Assembly (NCBI GenBank): GCA_937892945.1 | Contig: CALBIL010000038.1 | Location: 66,102 to 130,101 of the forward strand | Length of the DNA: 64,000 bases | Direction: 5' to 3' | From: an uncultured euryarchaeote | Lineage (GTDB): Archaea; Thermoplasmatota; Poseidoniia; Poseidoniales; Poseidoniaceae | The notes under the pieces: generated by a model | Databases searched by the model: none | Seen by the model: only the letters and a program-made list of their open reading frames with translations | What the model was told of the DNA's origin: nothing | Shown: positions 63,719 to 64,000 of the stretch, one piece after another | How positions within the stretch are numbered: position 1 is the first letter of the stretch | Layout of the letters: every line of letters starts with the position of its first letter | Made by a program: the position numbers and the translations under genes

Positions 63719-64000
63719 TCACGAACCGCAACTGAGGCAGTCATCAGGCGTATCAAGTGAACAAGCGATAGCTTCGAGACTTGAAATGTCTTCAGCACGT
63801 TCTGCCAGTCCACCAACAGTTTGATCTTCGGCTTTCTTTGCTTCAACAGTGAATTGGATTGCATCTGATGCAGCTTTGGTTCGGAGGTAATACATTCCGG
63901 TTTTGAGCCCCTGCTTCCATCCATAGAAGTGCATCGAAGTGACCTTAGCCGGATTTGCATCAACCATGTGAATGTTGAGTGATTGGCTTTGATCGACGTA
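63719..64000 (-). CDS. Ribonucleotide reductase large subunit, C-terminal fragment (gene continues beyond window end)
   Basis: [19 protein letters not shown] plus a C-terminal CLSCGS Cys pair, typical of the RNR C-terminus. The reading frame runs off the right edge. Confidence 0.55.
   Translation of the reverse strand, partial: YVDQSQSLNIHMVDANPAKVTSMHFYGWKQGLKTGMYYLRTKAASDAIQFTVEAKKAEDQTVGGLAERAEDISSLEAIACSLDTPDDCLSCGS

Overview
This 64-kb window reads as an archaeal chromosome segment. It is probably from Thermoplasmatota, possibly a Marine Group II / Poseidoniales-like genome. That placement is an inference from the fused rpoB, the gene order rpoH-rpoB-rpoA'-rpoA''-rpl30e, GGAGG ribosome-binding sites, and the giant N-glycosylation-sequon-rich surface proteins. 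The contents are core transcription genes, two tRNAs (Lys-TTT, Leu-TAA), RNase P Pop5, and an Mtq2-like methyltransferase/BirA fusion. There is also an FtsZ-family GTPase and a Rieske/cytochrome b operon whose last gene fuses the cytochrome b C-terminal domain to ferredoxin and HdrD-like CCG domains. Further genes are a SAP-domain membrane protein, an asnB operon, a methylmalonyl/propionyl-CoA module (MCM B12 subunit, MeaB, PccB, BCCP), and gdhA. The window also has an XPD-like helicase, a lipA plus E1alpha/E1beta/E2/E3 2-oxoacid dehydrogenase operon, and a partial ribonucleotide reductase. Four very large secreted proteins (partial >970 aa, 1397, 3022 and 985 aa) carry thrombospondin-type-3-like Asp-rich repeats. 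The 3022-aa one also has an extracellular transglutaminase-like core and a DUF4129-like cytoplasmic tail. The most unusual features are a shared ~50-aa HhH/HeH-like N-terminal module on both RpoA'' and RpoH, a ~145-aa Cys4 insertion in RpoA', the cyt-b/Fd/CCG fusion, and the transglutaminase-bearing giant surface protein next to a tRNA-Leu. I found no CRISPR array and no clear mobile element.
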